A stretch of 62,849 bases of DNA, the filler included, from Calcarisporiella thermophila CBS 279.70 (lineage: Eukaryota; Fungi; Calcarisporiellomycota), in NCBI RefSeq assembly GCF_041956535.1. It is 9 parts of 9 records of this genome, joined end to end, with 100 filler letters (N's around TTAATTAATTAA, not from the genome) between each part and the next. Parts side by side here need not be neighbours in the genome. Positions count along the whole stretch, not along the records: positions 24,710 to 27,902 come from NW_027192224.1; positions 28,003 to 35,065 come from NW_027192250.1; positions 35,166 to 42,191 come from NW_027192196.1; 6 more parts are not named here. One strand, given 5' to 3'. Numbering within the stretch: the stretch's first letter is position 1; every line of letters starts with the position of its first letter. Positions 26,156 to 38,490 of this stretch are shown here, one piece after another. The notes beneath the pieces are model-generated. The model had not been told where the DNA came from. It did not search any database and worked only from the letters and a program-made list of their open reading frames with translations. The position numbers were made by a program, and so were the translations under genes.

Positions 26156-27902
26156 ATGGTTGAAAAACCAAAGGAAAATACACCCTCATTAAGCAAACTA
26201 GATCCGATAGGAGGCCAGGAGTCCAAAAAGGATGATGAGTCGACAGATACTATAGTTGACCCAAGTACAGCTCTTAATGATCTCTCGCAGAAAGAGAGAG
26301 AAATAATTGAAGAGCAGATTCATACCACCGAATTTAAACTAAATGCTCGCGATCTATTTCGCTACGCGTCGAAATTCGACATTCTGCTTATGATATTGGG
26401 GTTGATAGCATCTGGGGTTGTAGGCGCTGCTACTCCCCTCATGACGTATGTTGAGTTGTCGACGGGATGTTGCTACTTATTTTGTACTAACAATCCCTCA
26501 TTTTTTACAGCATCATGTTTTCAGGCTTAGTGGACACGTTTACCAATTTCATGAAAGGGACAATCTCTCCAAGTGAAGTGGCCGATGCAATCAACTCCAA
26601 TGTGCTATATATTGTTTATATTGCCATTGCAACTTTTGTCTGCGGAGTGAGTATTGGACAATGTTAATTGTCGTGAGCGGATTACTCTGATCTGTGGAAT
26701 AATTCTTTCTTAGTACACGTACACCGCCACGTGGAGTTATACAGGTGAGCGACAGACTCGCATAGTGCGTGAGAAATATCTGGCTGCAGTTTTGCGTCAG
26801 AACATCGGGTATTTCGACAAAGTCGGCACAGGCGAGGTCACAAGCCGAATCACCAACGACACCCATAAGATGCAGGATGGAATCAGCGAGAAAATCCCAA
26901 TTGCATTCAAGGTAAGCTCATATGTTCCCTGCATCATCACGTGTCCCTTCTTCTATTTGGCGACTCAACCAATATATGCGAACAGGACGTTTGTGCATTC
27001 ATAGTTGCCTACGTGATTGCGTTCACTGCCAGCTGGAAGCTAACACTAGTATGTCTTTGCGTATTGCCACTCATTCTGTTTTCAGTATGGCTCTTCGTCA
27101 AGTAAATTTCAAGCATTTCAGCATTTTTTTCAGTAAATCATTTCCATCTCTTGTATGTATAATCTTTAGATTCGTTGCCGGGTACGAAGCAGTCCAGCTT
27201 GATATCTATGGTCAAGCTTCCACAATTGCTGACGAAGCGTTTTCGGCCATCCGGACTGTACATGCCTTTGGTGCACAGAGAAAGCTCGAATCACTATACA
27301 ATAAGAAAGTTGAAGAAGCAAAAAAAGAAAGGATATCTCAAATGGGGTTTCTTGGCATTTGCAGTTGCGCTGATGTCTCTGTGGATCTACCTTGCCTATT
27401 CTTTGGCATTCTACTATGGAACAACTATGCTCCTTAACGGCGAGCTGACATCTGGAACTATCATCCGTGTCTTTTTCCCTATTCTTATTGGATCCTTCTC
27501 AGTTGGTAAGTCTATTGTATTTTTCTCTGGCTACCCAAAGCATGCCTGACCAAGCCAATCTTCCTCTAGCCAATATCTCTCCGTCACTCCAGGCGTTCTC
27601 GCTTGCGCTTGCATCTGGTAGCAAGATATACGAAGCCATTGATCGAAAGTCTCCCATCGATAGCTCCTCTACCGAAGGATCAAAACCTGAGAATGTGAAG
27701 GGATTCATTCAAGTGAACGATGTCGACTTCTGCTATCCGTCACGACCAAGCGTGCGAGTGCTGAAGAACTTCACCTTGGATATCGAGCCTGGAACCACTG
27801 TCGCACTGGTGGGTGCCTCTGGTAGCGGGAAGTCGACCATAGTTGGCCTGGTCGAACGATTCTATGATCCGATCTCGGGGAAGGTGATGTTGGATGGAGT
27901 AG
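26156..27902 (+). CDS. ABCB/MDR (P-glycoprotein-like) transporter, 5' part, cut by contig end
   Basis: LFRYA, REKYLAAVLRQNIGYFD, GEVTSRI, EAFSAIRTVHAFG, FCYPSRP, Walker A GASGSGKST; multiple introns. Confidence 0.95.
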
Positions 27903-28002
27903 NNNNNNNNNNNNNNNNNNNNNNNNNNNNNNNNNNNNNNNNNNNNTTAATTAATTAANNNNNNNNNNNNNNNNNNNNNNNNNNNNNNNNNNNNNNNNNN
28001 NN

Positions 28003-29519
28003 AATGATGATGCATCATTGTACTGTACGAAGGTAGCTAAAGATGAAATGTGCTTCAGTTAAATAAAAAGCGGTTTCTGTAACTATACAATGATCAACCA
28101 CGCTTCTTCAACGTATTAGTGGTAAATATATGGGGCTGTCTGGTGCTAAACGGTGATTATCTCATTTCAAGTTTTGATTTCTGATCATTATGAAGAACAT
28201 CTGTTCACTCTACTCACTGTCACGACGTTATTTTTCCCAAAAACTGCTTCACCTAGTGATAATTATGCTTTATTTTAACCTATATAACATGATTAACTTT
28301 GCTTCGCACTGATTTTTACTGTCCAGCTTTGTTCAGTATCTGTTAAATTACCATTGCTATTTGTTTTCTGAACCTTTCTTCTATTTTTCTTTATTATATA
28401 TATATTTATTTTATCAAATAAATAAAATATTTCTCTACCACTCAGCCTGATCCACTCGTACTCTTAACGATATATCCACTTTTCTTTTTATATTACACCC
28501 TCTCCTCTCTGAATAAATTTCTCATCTTCTTTCCCTCAGTATTCTCTCAACGTTTGGAAGTACAGGTGTCTTAACCTATAAGCCAGCTTAGTTTGATTGG
28601 AATTTTATTTGCTCATCCTAGTTTAGATATCAACAATAAACTTCCTTGTATCTTTAATACTCTTAAATCACATGCGCAATAGCATATTGTATCGCTGCAT
28701 TATACTTAAGCTAAACATACTTTAGTATATACAATACTGTATAATTTGGCGTATACAGTAAACCCCAGAATTGTTATTGGCGACTTCAAGCTTTTATATA
28801 TCCTCTCCTATATCCAGATTAATAATTCTTTGATGTACTTTCTGAGTCGATTCACCCGTAATAATATTGCAGCTAATGCCTGCTTTATATTGACTCTACT
28901 ATTCAATATCTTTCGATTTTCTCACGAAAGGCTATTGATTAGAGATAGAGGTTATTGCTCGAGACCCATCTGGTAGTGAATGATGTAATATGTGGCGGCA
29001 CAAGAATAGGTAGACTAAGTTGATCTAGAAAATAGATCATATATTAAAAGAAGTTTACGAATTATGAATTATCTCACAATAATTAAGGTATTTTATTGCA
29101 CAGATGACCCTACTGTAACATTCTCATTTACTGATAGACATATTTGAATCCAATTCTGGACATACTCGAAATATCGTATGGATCATCTGTTTTCCTCTAC
29201 TTGGAAGTCGTTCAATGGTATCCATTGACTATTTCCTCGTATGCTATATTTTATACTATGTGATGCAGCACTTGGATTTTATCCTTATCGCGGTTGAATT
29301 TAATATAAATTATTTTTGCTATATCCAATCACAACGCTCGATCTGACCAATCGCATTTACACCCAATTTGGGTGGTAAAAGGTTTGGTGGGCCGGAAATG
29401 CAGCACCCGAATTAGGCGAACCGAATTAAAAGGTCCGAACTAGGGGGTCCGAACTAGGGAACGCAAATTAGTAGGCCCAAAAATGGTTGGACCCGAATTA
29501 GGGGACAGTTGGATGCGCC
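28003..29519 (-). mobile_element. Possible decayed DNA transposon (MULE-like) with terminal repeat array
   Basis: 14-bp subterminal array near 29360-29505 and a GG-start terminus. Weak frameshifted TTN..E.W-like trace near 28100-28130. Confidence 0.3.
29361..29505. repeat. 14-bp periodic degenerate repeat (core CCGAAYTAGG)
   Basis: Cores at about 29407, 29421, 29435, 29449, 29463, 29477, 29493, with weaker copies upstream. GC-rich island in AT-rich DNA. Confidence 0.85.
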
Positions 29520-31690
29520 TGCCACCGATACACTTCTATTTATAAAATAGAAATCGTCGCCACAACTACCCATCACCACTATACCGCTCCCTTTATATTT
29601 ACATGGAAGTTGAATTCCTGTTCACTAATTTCATGATCTCAATCTTTTCAAATCAAAATCAAACCATCTTGTACTGCAAAACACACAGTTTTATATGGTT
29701 TCTCTCTCGCTTATAAATTCACGAAAGCCGTCGTATATTTTAAGCACCCCTCAGTAGTTCAATCTACATTATAATTGCCTATTGATTTAATTTTTATACT
29801 GCACTGGAACACATTTTTTGTTCCCACACAAATATATATATAATAGCTGGTTGGACATCAATCGATCGGTTTTGCTCTGTAGCAGGACAACATATACGAT
29901 AGTTGATAATACCATAGAATGACCTTCAAGTGCAGGGTCACCGAGAATGCACACAACATTTTGTGTAAAATATGTAAATCAGTCTGAGAAGGTTTATTAT
30001 CTTTGTAAAGAATGTCTTTATTATTCCTACTTTTAATTCCAACCATTCCATTATTTTCTATATAATGCTTCTAATTTTAGTTTTTGATTCCTCACCCGTG
30101 TTTTCTATCTTGATCTTAACCTGCCCAATTTCGAATCATAACATTTTAGGTATCCTGCATGCTCTTTGCGAAAATAAATGACACTGTATGTGGAAAGCGC
30201 TTATGTACTGTAAATTCTACAATCCGTATTTATATACTGTGGTTGTTTATTATTTCTAGAATCCATCGCCACATCCTTAGCTCAGTTAAATGGTCTCATG
30301 ATAAACCCGACTATCCCTCAGACTCTTCCTTGTAATTACAGTAAATATTTTACATATTGAAGCTAGTAGTAATACTTTAGAATTGTAATAACGAACGTTC
30401 AACGATTCTTTTACGAATTTGGATCTGATATTAAACGTAAGCACGTAAGCAATGCGGAATCGACCGAATTTCAACTGTTCATTAATGGAGTTCATCAAGT
30501 GTACAATCATAGCACTGTAGATTAAGTACAGCTGGTATAGTATCTTCAAAATTGTAAAAGTTAAATTGATTAAAATCCATCGATAGAATCACGATTTACT
30601 AGAGTATATTTTATCTTCAATGCCCCAATCTTCTCTCTATACTACTTGTAGCAATGGTTACACTCTTTTCATCATCGCAAATTAAAGCTAAATAGTGAAA
30701 AAAAAAAAAATCAAATCAAATCAAATCAAATGGTTTCTGCACACTAGAGCACTTATAGTCTATGTAATGTGCGTCGATTAAAATTGGTACATTTCCAGTA
30801 TTAACTCAATAACTCAATACCCATTTAAATCGATATAATATTGATAAGAATATTATTAATAAAAAATACAGCTCACAGGTTATCGTCAACAATATTCTCC
30901 AGCCATTGATAAAGTGTCGATTCATTTCTGCACATATTACATTTCCTATAGGTGGCGACGTGTAGGGGTATATTGAGGATCTGAATTTACCCCAAATGCT
31001 CATTAAAAAATAGCCACTTTGTTGTCGACCCAAGCATTCATCCGAACTGTGACGTTCATCCAAACTTGTACTTTGGCCAAGTCTGTGTACGACACTACCT
31101 GAACTCTCAATTGAACTCTCATCCGAACTGAGGCCTTATTCATCGCATAAGCTTGTCCGAATGGTGGCTTCATTTGTGTACGGGAAGTATACGAAATTCG
31201 CACGGGTTCCGCCTGTGATTCAAGGATATTTATCGTGCTTAGTATATGTTTAATATGATATTTTTTTCTTGAGAAAGCGTATAATAAAAATAAGAAAGCA
31301 GCTTTGCTGCATTTTCTCAACACACTGAATAACGAAAATCCATATGAAACAAACTGTTGTTACTTAACTAATACTTGTTCTAGTTTATTATTACGCTTTG
31401 TCTTGGTCTTGTCTACCTACAGTATTTATTACCATTTTCAAATCAACCCACTTTTTTAAAGATAGTAGTGGATATACTGTACTGTAATCATAAATATCAC
31501 TTTGCTCACAAAAAATAATATGGAAGAGTCGTACTGATATTGTGGTACACCTTTCATAATAATAATACAGTATTTGATAATCGAGAATATTGGGCTTTCG
31601 CAGTTTAGTCCTTACACCACCCTTTTCTATTTGATGGCCTCAAACACATTGGTACTCTTGCTTTTATGCCCCTATCAAGAGGTTCCTCGG

Positions 31691-31698
31691 TATATAAA
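31691..31698 (+). promoter_or_regulatory. TATA box upstream of retroelement ORF1
   Basis: TATATAAA about 98 bp before the ATG at 31789, followed by a pyrimidine-rich leader. Confidence 0.5.
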
Positions 31699-31788
31699 AG
31701 TACGGATGCCTCAAAGCTCCCTCGCTTTCCTCACTGTTTTTTCTATCCCCTCTCTTGAGAAGACCTTTGCATTTTATTTCCATACAAT

Positions 31789-33561
31789 ATGACAGTCGCG
31801 GCAGATTCCCCAGTATTTGTCGCATTCATCAAAAGAATGGATGATAAGTTTTACAGCCAGAAGGATAGCCTCAAGTGCTTAAACTGTGACAAAACTGGAA
31901 AGCTGGGGACTAATCAAGACAGGCTCAGACGCCGCTATTACCAGTGCACCAACTGTCATAAAACGATTCACCGCGCGGATATGGCCCGTCGCCTTGGCAT
32001 ATCAGTTCCACCTGAATTGGTTACGAGGACTCGGGAAAAGTATTTTGCTGCCGGACCAAAAGGGAATAGTACCTCCGAGCAGCCTAGTGTCCAGCAGCGC
32101 CTTCTCCGTCCTAGCAGTGCATCCACCCCAGTGCTCCAAACGCTTTCCTCCAGGGAAACAGCCATTCATCACGCCATTCGCTTGCGTGAATCCGCTACGC
32201 GAGAGTCCTGTGAGTCGATCGAGGATGAACAGATTCATGAAAATAATGGCGATGAGACAGCTCAACCCACGGTTCCTGTTTCGTCTCTTCCCGGAGTTGA
32301 ACCAACTATGGAGCTTAGAACGCAGGTTGCAGCCCTAGCCAGTAAGGTAGAAGAGCTCGAAAAGCGGCTTCAGGATCAAGCTCATCAACACGCAAGAGAA
32401 CTTGAAGAAAGAAATCTCCAACACGAAAAGGAATTCGAAGAAAGGAATCTCCAGCACGAAAAGGAACTTGAAGAACGAGATCTCCAATACGCAAAAGAGC
32501 TTGAAGAGCGAGGGCTTCGTTATTTGGAGCTGATTAAGGAGAAATCCTTTGAGCGAGAAAAAGAACTTGAGGAGCGATACATGGGGGAGTTTGAGGAGCT
32601 TATACAGGAGCATCAACGCGAACTTGAAGAGCAGTCCGTCAAGTACGTGAAGCAAATCGCGGAATTAAAGAAAAGCGCAGAAAAAGGGACTCCAGCTGCG
32701 CAAGCATCCTCCAGACGAACCTTGAACGATTCGAGCCCTGATCACCAACCAATCAGGGCTAACCCGCCTAAGAAGCCTACGGCAAGCAAGCCTTCTTACG
32801 CGGACATCGTGAAAAGGTTGAAGATTCCGGAAGAAGATGAGAAAAGCTTCTCCACATCATTAAAGGTGCTCCACCAGAACTTACGCCCTGAAGATGCCTC
32901 CATGTCTGAGGTCGATCGCCGCCACAATCTTCGTAGGATTTATGTGACTGGTCTTCCGTTCATGCGTCTTGGAAGTCTGCGTAAGCACCTGTATAATCTC
33001 AGAGTGAGATTATCCAATGTTTACAATCTTGCTTACATTGGAAGACATACAGTGGAGTTCCTTGTGGCGGAGAGCTATTACTCATCTCTTGCTCGAAGGT
33101 TCTCGGCCTTGCATCTCCGTGTGGCGCTGAATTACGACCCCGAGAGGGCCCAAGATCCAAACGCGACGGATGAAGTGGTAGCCAAAGTAAAGGCCGCTTT
33201 CTTGAAAAGACTTGCAAGGACTAGTGAACGCTCTCCAAGCCACATTGTCCGAGAATACTTTTCCACGTGGACCAAAGCGATTCAGGATGCTACGGCCGAA
33301 GCTCCCCCAGTCTCCGCAATAATCTCTCAGCCCGTCTCTGCTTCAAACGCGGAATTAGGTACTAGATTAAACACCAAGTGCCGAATTCGAATTGTACTAA
33401 TAGAAATCTATGCTACTGTATTTGTTATAGGTGCCAGCCAAAATGGTCCTGCTGCAGCCATTCCGCAAGCAACCACGGCTACAAGCTCCCACACTCCCCA
33501 ACCTGAAGACCCCCCAATGGAGGAAGTCATTAGCATTCCAGATATCCAATCCTCTCAATGA
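31789..33561 (+). CDS. Non-LTR retrotransposon ORF1 (N-terminal C4 zinc ribbon, coiled coil, RRM-like domain)
   Basis: CLNC...CTNC; 11-aa repeats; SYADIVK; RRIYVTGLP...TVEFLV. Stop overlaps the ORF2 start (ATGA). Probable intron 33359-33430. Confidence 0.8.
   Translation: MTVAADSPVFVAFIKRMDDKFYSQKDSLKCLNCDKTGKLGTNQDRLRRRYYQCTNCHKTIHRADMARRLGISVPPELVTRTREKYFAAGPKGNSTSEQPSVQQRLLRPSSASTPVLQTLSSRETAIHHAIRLRESATRESCESIEDEQIHENNGDETAQPTVPVSSLPGVEPTMELRTQVAALASKVEELEKRLQDQAHQHARELEERNLQHEKEFEERNLQHEKELEERDLQYAKELEERGLRYLELIKEKSFEREKELEERYMGEFEELIQEHQRELEEQSVKYVKQIAELKKSAEKGTPAAQASSRRTLNDSSPDHQPIRANPPKKPTASKPSYADIVKRLKIPEEDEKSFSTSLKVLHQNLRPEDASMSEVDRRHNLRRIYVTGLPFMRLGSLRKHLYNLRVRLSNVYNLAYIGRHTVEFLVAESYYSSLARRFSALHLRVALNYDPERAQDPNATDEVVAKVKAAFLKRLARTSERSPSHIVREYFSTWTKAIQDATAEAPPVSAIISQPVSASNAELGTRLNTKCRIRIVLIEIYATVFVIGASQNGPAAAIPQATTATSSHTPQPEDPPMEEVISIPDIQSSQ
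32398..32530 (+). repeat. 33-bp (11-aa) coding repeat, about 4 copies
   Basis: ELEERNLQHEK / EFEERNLQHEK / ELEERDLQYAK / ELEERGLRYLE. Confidence 0.9.
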
Positions 33562-35065
33562 ATAGAAACATGACGCCCACTCTCAATACAACCAATGAGC
33601 CAACCAAATTGGCTCTAAGGATTGCTTTCATGAATGCTAATGGACTGCCTCAGCAGAAATTCAGAATCCTCTCGTCACTCATTCCCTCTCATTATGACAT
33701 CATATTCATTGCCGAAACCTGGTACGTCGACTACGATGCGATGCTCCAACATCCAGCAACATACCTCCACACCCCTTTCCCTTCATACCGCGACTATGGG
33801 ATCCCCGGTCGCCAGCACGGCGGACTTTTGGCCATGGTGGATCCTCGACTTCACCCTCAAATCACACAAAACAACATTACTGAGTATTCCATCCTTTTCA
33901 CCCTTAACTCCATAAGAATATGTGGCGTCTACTTTCCTCCGAGTATGTCAGTGGTAATATAATATATACCGAGTACAAAAATTCAAACAGTACCTAATAC
34001 AGCATCTATTATAGGCAGACATTCCTCGTCATCTCCCCAGCCAACCCGCGGTCATCATGGGTGACATCAACACCAAGTTTGACGGGCGACAAAGGGGGCC
34101 ACTAGAGAGAATTGACCTGTTTTGCGACTATGTGGCCAAGTGGTCCCTGTCACCTCTGACATTGGAGGCCGAGGAAAAAGGCCGGAACATGGTGGACCAC
34201 ACGTTTGTTCATTCGGATCTCGTCATGAATGTAAACTATTCTGCAATTGATCCCCCCGTGGACACCGACCATCTCTATCTTCTGCAGCTGGTTGTCGAAA
34301 TTCCAGTTGAGAACAACGCTTTTCGTGGCCTGCCAAGCCAGGCGAGCATTCCCCGGTATTATCTAAAGTATTTGGAGGATGCACCAACATTGAGGCTCTT
34401 CCAGTCTACCTACTCGCACTTGACTCGCACACTCACCCAACCTCTGGCTAATCTTGCTACCTTTTTCGCCAACTCGCAACCAGAGGAAGCCCAGGAGGTG
34501 ATAGAAGAAGCGGAAGGGCATCTTCTCCATGCCATCCAACTATGTGCAGAGTCGATTCTCGGCACCTACCGTCCTCAAGAGCGCCGGCAAGATCCCGACC
34601 ATCTATTTGAGCATCTAAAAACGTGTAGAAATACACATGATGCTCTACGGGCACTAAAAAGGGCACAGAGAGTCAATGGGATGAAGGGTTACATTCAGAG
34701 CAAGGATCCAGCAAAGTCCCCGATGGAAGAAGCAAGGGAGCACTACTCACGCGTTTTCCAATATCCCATTGGCGTGCAAGACGATTCCCCTCCTCCACTA
34801 CCTCTCGCCAGTACTCTCGAGCGTAAAGAGGAGGTCGCAAGCTTCTTTTCCTCGATAGATATCATTGCCTTCATCCGCTCATATCCCCAGCAAAAATCCT
34901 GCGGAGCCGATGCAATCCACACCAAGCTGTTGGTGGCTTTAACCGATACAGACTTTCCGCACCATCTTGCCTCCCTATTCAAAGCCTGTGTCATGCTTGG
35001 GTGCACGCCTAAAAGATGGAACTCCAGCGTGATCTTCCCGATTCCAAAATCAAATAGCGCGGCAA
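33558..35065 (+). CDS. Non-LTR retrotransposon ORF2 (APE + RT N-terminus) split by a 61-nt intron, cut by contig end
   Basis: FMNANGL, IFIAETW, GVYFPPSMSV|ADIP...IMGDIN, VDHTF, TDH; then KSCGADAIH...LASLFKAC...TPKRWNSSVIFPIPK. Intron 33954-34014. Confidence 0.88.
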
Positions 35066-37410
35066 NNNNNNNNNNNNNNNNNNNNNNNNNNNNNNNNNNN
35101 NNNNNNNNNTTAATTAATTAANNNNNNNNNNNNNNNNNNNNNNNNNNNNNNNNNNNNNNNNNNNNGTTAGAACTCAAGTAGTGAATTAAATCGGATTTCA
35201 ATTGAGAAACAATAGGGAGAAAATAGTAAAGAAAAAGAATATGATATAATCATTGTATTAAGGAATCTTAAACATTATCAGTTAACGTTTTTCAATGACT
35301 AAATGGGACTATTAGTTCTGAGTGACTAATTACTACTTCTTGAAATCAATTAGGATCAAGAAACGATATCTGAGTTCGTAAATATAATACTCAGCTATGA
35401 CTACTTCATTAACATGCTTTCTTGGACCCTTAGCCACATCGGAGGTATTCCGAAATCGCAAGCAATTATTGATACGGGACAACTGAGAGGAGCTTGTAAT
35501 TGTTGATCCTGGGCTTTTACTATCCTATTCGATCCAGAATAGGTTTTGTATCTGTCAAAAGTGGATGGTTGGTAAATAGTATTTTTCAACAATTTTACAC
35601 TACTTTATTCAGAAGCTCAACATCTACCTAATAACTGAATCCAATCGGCCGTTTAATAACCTGTTGAAATTGAGCGAAAGCGTTTTCAATACTGGTTACT
35701 CTGGTCCTAGTCATGAAATGAAGTATTTAGTTATATTTTTGCAGTAATGCTAGGGTAAATGCTAGTTATTGTGCAATGTAAACCCTCTCTGTTTCAGTGA
35801 TATAAATCCTATATCATTGCAACACTTGTCTGATTTCTCACCCTTAATGGCTGTACTCATTATTTAATTATATTGTCGAAGATACTACTAATTCAATTCG
35901 CTTTACTTTAATGGCTTTTTGGAGTAACTTTGCCATAGTACAACTAGAGTCAAATTATATATACTGTACAAGGAAGTGCCATCTGTTAGCCCATACTTTA
36001 TTATATATTTGATCGGTAGGAAGTTCTTATTTTTCTTTTAATTAAATATGTAATGATAGAATGTTCATATGAAATATTGAGAATAATAAGAAAAATAGAA
36101 CTATGAGTTGACGATTGAGACGTGGCAAAGATATTAGTACAATCACAACACTAAATAATGTCTTACAGTAAATATTCGGGAAACTAGTTGGGGGCCCTCT
36201 CATAAAATAAGATGCGGGAGTTACAGATGTAGGCTCAATATCGCGTTTTTCTTTTTCTATTTACACTCTAAAAAATTAATACATTAAAATGATAAGCAGA
36301 TGCAGCAGGGAAAAAAATTATTAATTGTCATTTTATCAAGGCATTAGTTATATTTAGCAACGATTATGGTTCTGAAATTTTAATAAATGTTATTAAATAG
36401 TCGATTTTCCTCTGGAATACTATCCTGTCCCATCAAAATGTTTAACAATACGAATCCGACATAGGGAATTCATATATTAGACAGTTAATCTGGGTATCAC
36501 AATAGCCCCCGAAGAAAATACATCTTCATAATTAGCGTATGCTAATCATAAAAGGATAATGCTATGTATACTGGTACTTCAAAAGGCTCATTAAGAGTTA
36601 AGAGTCAAATTGGAAAAGAAATATATAATTCCGTCAACTCCGCAGACAATGTCAATCGCTCTTAAGAAGCTCCTTCTACCGAGACTAAGCCTCGGCAATC
36701 TACCGTGCTTGGAAATTTTGCATAAGCAATTTCATTGGTTATGCTTAGCTAAAGTTAAAAGACCATGAAAACAATTTAATATAATTGGCCTATAAAAAAC
36801 GTATTATGGATACTATACCCCATTTGAAAGAGTATTTTAGCATTGAAATCGCGAAACATAGCAATTTTTTTTCTCACTATTTTTCGTATTACAAAGTTAA
36901 AGCTGACTTTAAATATTATGATATGCAATTGGGAGATTCTTTTCGAAGATGTGATTTAGTTTCAACTCTATATTGAATTACAAGCTTATAATGCATCGCT
37001 ACTAGATTTGACAGGTAAGTTCTAGTTGAAACCAATATGTTATATCTTTTATAGTATACTATATGCTTGTAATTGTTAATTTAGCATTGATATAACTTTT
37101 ATAAATAACAATAACGTGCTGATATGGAGTAATACATAATAGCATACAAGAATCGTTATAAATTAAGTGGTTTCGATACCAAAGGCTTAATTTTAACTAT
37201 CTTAAAGGTGCACGTAAAAGCAATGCTGGGTTAGTCCTCAGGTACAATTTTATCACCCAAAAGTAAAATAAATAAAAACCTATTTTCTTTACTTCAGGCT
37301 CAGTTAGCTTGCGTGGGAAAAGCAAAACATATTCTAGCGAGGATTAAAAAGATTGTAAAGTCAATGTTTGAGAGTGATGAATCATATCAAGATCAACTCG
37401 GTGAATGCTA

Positions 37411-37970
37411 GGCCATGTCATATCTGACGGGAATATTAATTTCAATAGCTCTTAACTAGCCACACACTTAAACAAATTCGAAAATGTGTTCAAGCAACCA
37501 TTTGAAAAATAATACTTTTAAGGCATAGCTTGTTTACTGAGAAATCGCTCTAGTTCCGAAATGATGGAACTTATTATATTCTGCTCTGGGGAAATTAGGC
37601 CATGTCATCTCTGACTTGTAATTCTCTACTTTGTTTGAATCGGCTATAGGATAAAAATTTCTCGCTTGTACCTGATTGAAAGTATAATGGAGATGCGATC
37701 GGGGAATAGATTTAATTAGAGTATAGTTAAGTTACCGAAAAAGAGTTATAGGCCCGAGCTGAATGAACTTTATTGTATTCAACTTTGGAAAGACTGAGCC
37801 ATGTCATGTATGATACAAGCTCAAACCATTCGATTTCAAAATCCCCATGTATTAACTAAAGTCTCATTTATTCATATCCGAAAGAGTACCGGGTAATGAG
37901 TTGTGAATTGTTTCCTTAAGGAATAGCTTGGTTACAGAGAGAAGGCTATAGGACCGAGTGGTATGGGCAT
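37411..37970. repeat. Degenerate ~190-200-bp tandem repeat, about 3 copies
   Basis: GCCATGTCAT at 37412, 37599, 37798; ATAGYT..TTAC...CCGA block at 37525, 37723, 37923. Confidence 0.7.
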
Positions 37971-38490
37971 TAAAATTTGTTACGGAGGGGTAGCGATTGT
38001 GACAAATCTGATTCATGTGTAACAGTTATGCAATTAAGGAAAAAAGGAAAATGGAATTACCTCTCTAGTTAAGAAGTATTTTCCAAAATGAATTCCAATG
38101 TCCAATGGGAGGAGAATACCGAAGTGAAAAAGGATATTTTACATTAAAAACTTGTAGATATTTATCCGAGATTTTTATGAAAATTACTATGTAACTTTCT
38201 TAATGAGGTTATACGAAGTGTATTCAAGGGCAATAGGCTATTAAAGAGCATATATTCAATAACCGATTGCGCAATATCTTACCCAAAAAAGTTTAATTCA
38301 ACAGTCACAAACCCTAAACTGATATTGCTGAATAAAGAGGGTGAATTGATAATATTTTAAATATTTCATGATTCATATTTAAATATCGACCATATCAAAA
38401 TCTCATTTTTATTTTCAACAAAACTCTTGAATTTCAGATTCACAGTTATACTATATTTAGATCTGTATTAGAAAGTGTTCTTTAGTAAAA

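Noticed and set aside
30806-31323. Overlapping minus-strand ORFs with a coding-like look
   Set aside because: Stops and frameshifts, no recognisable motif.
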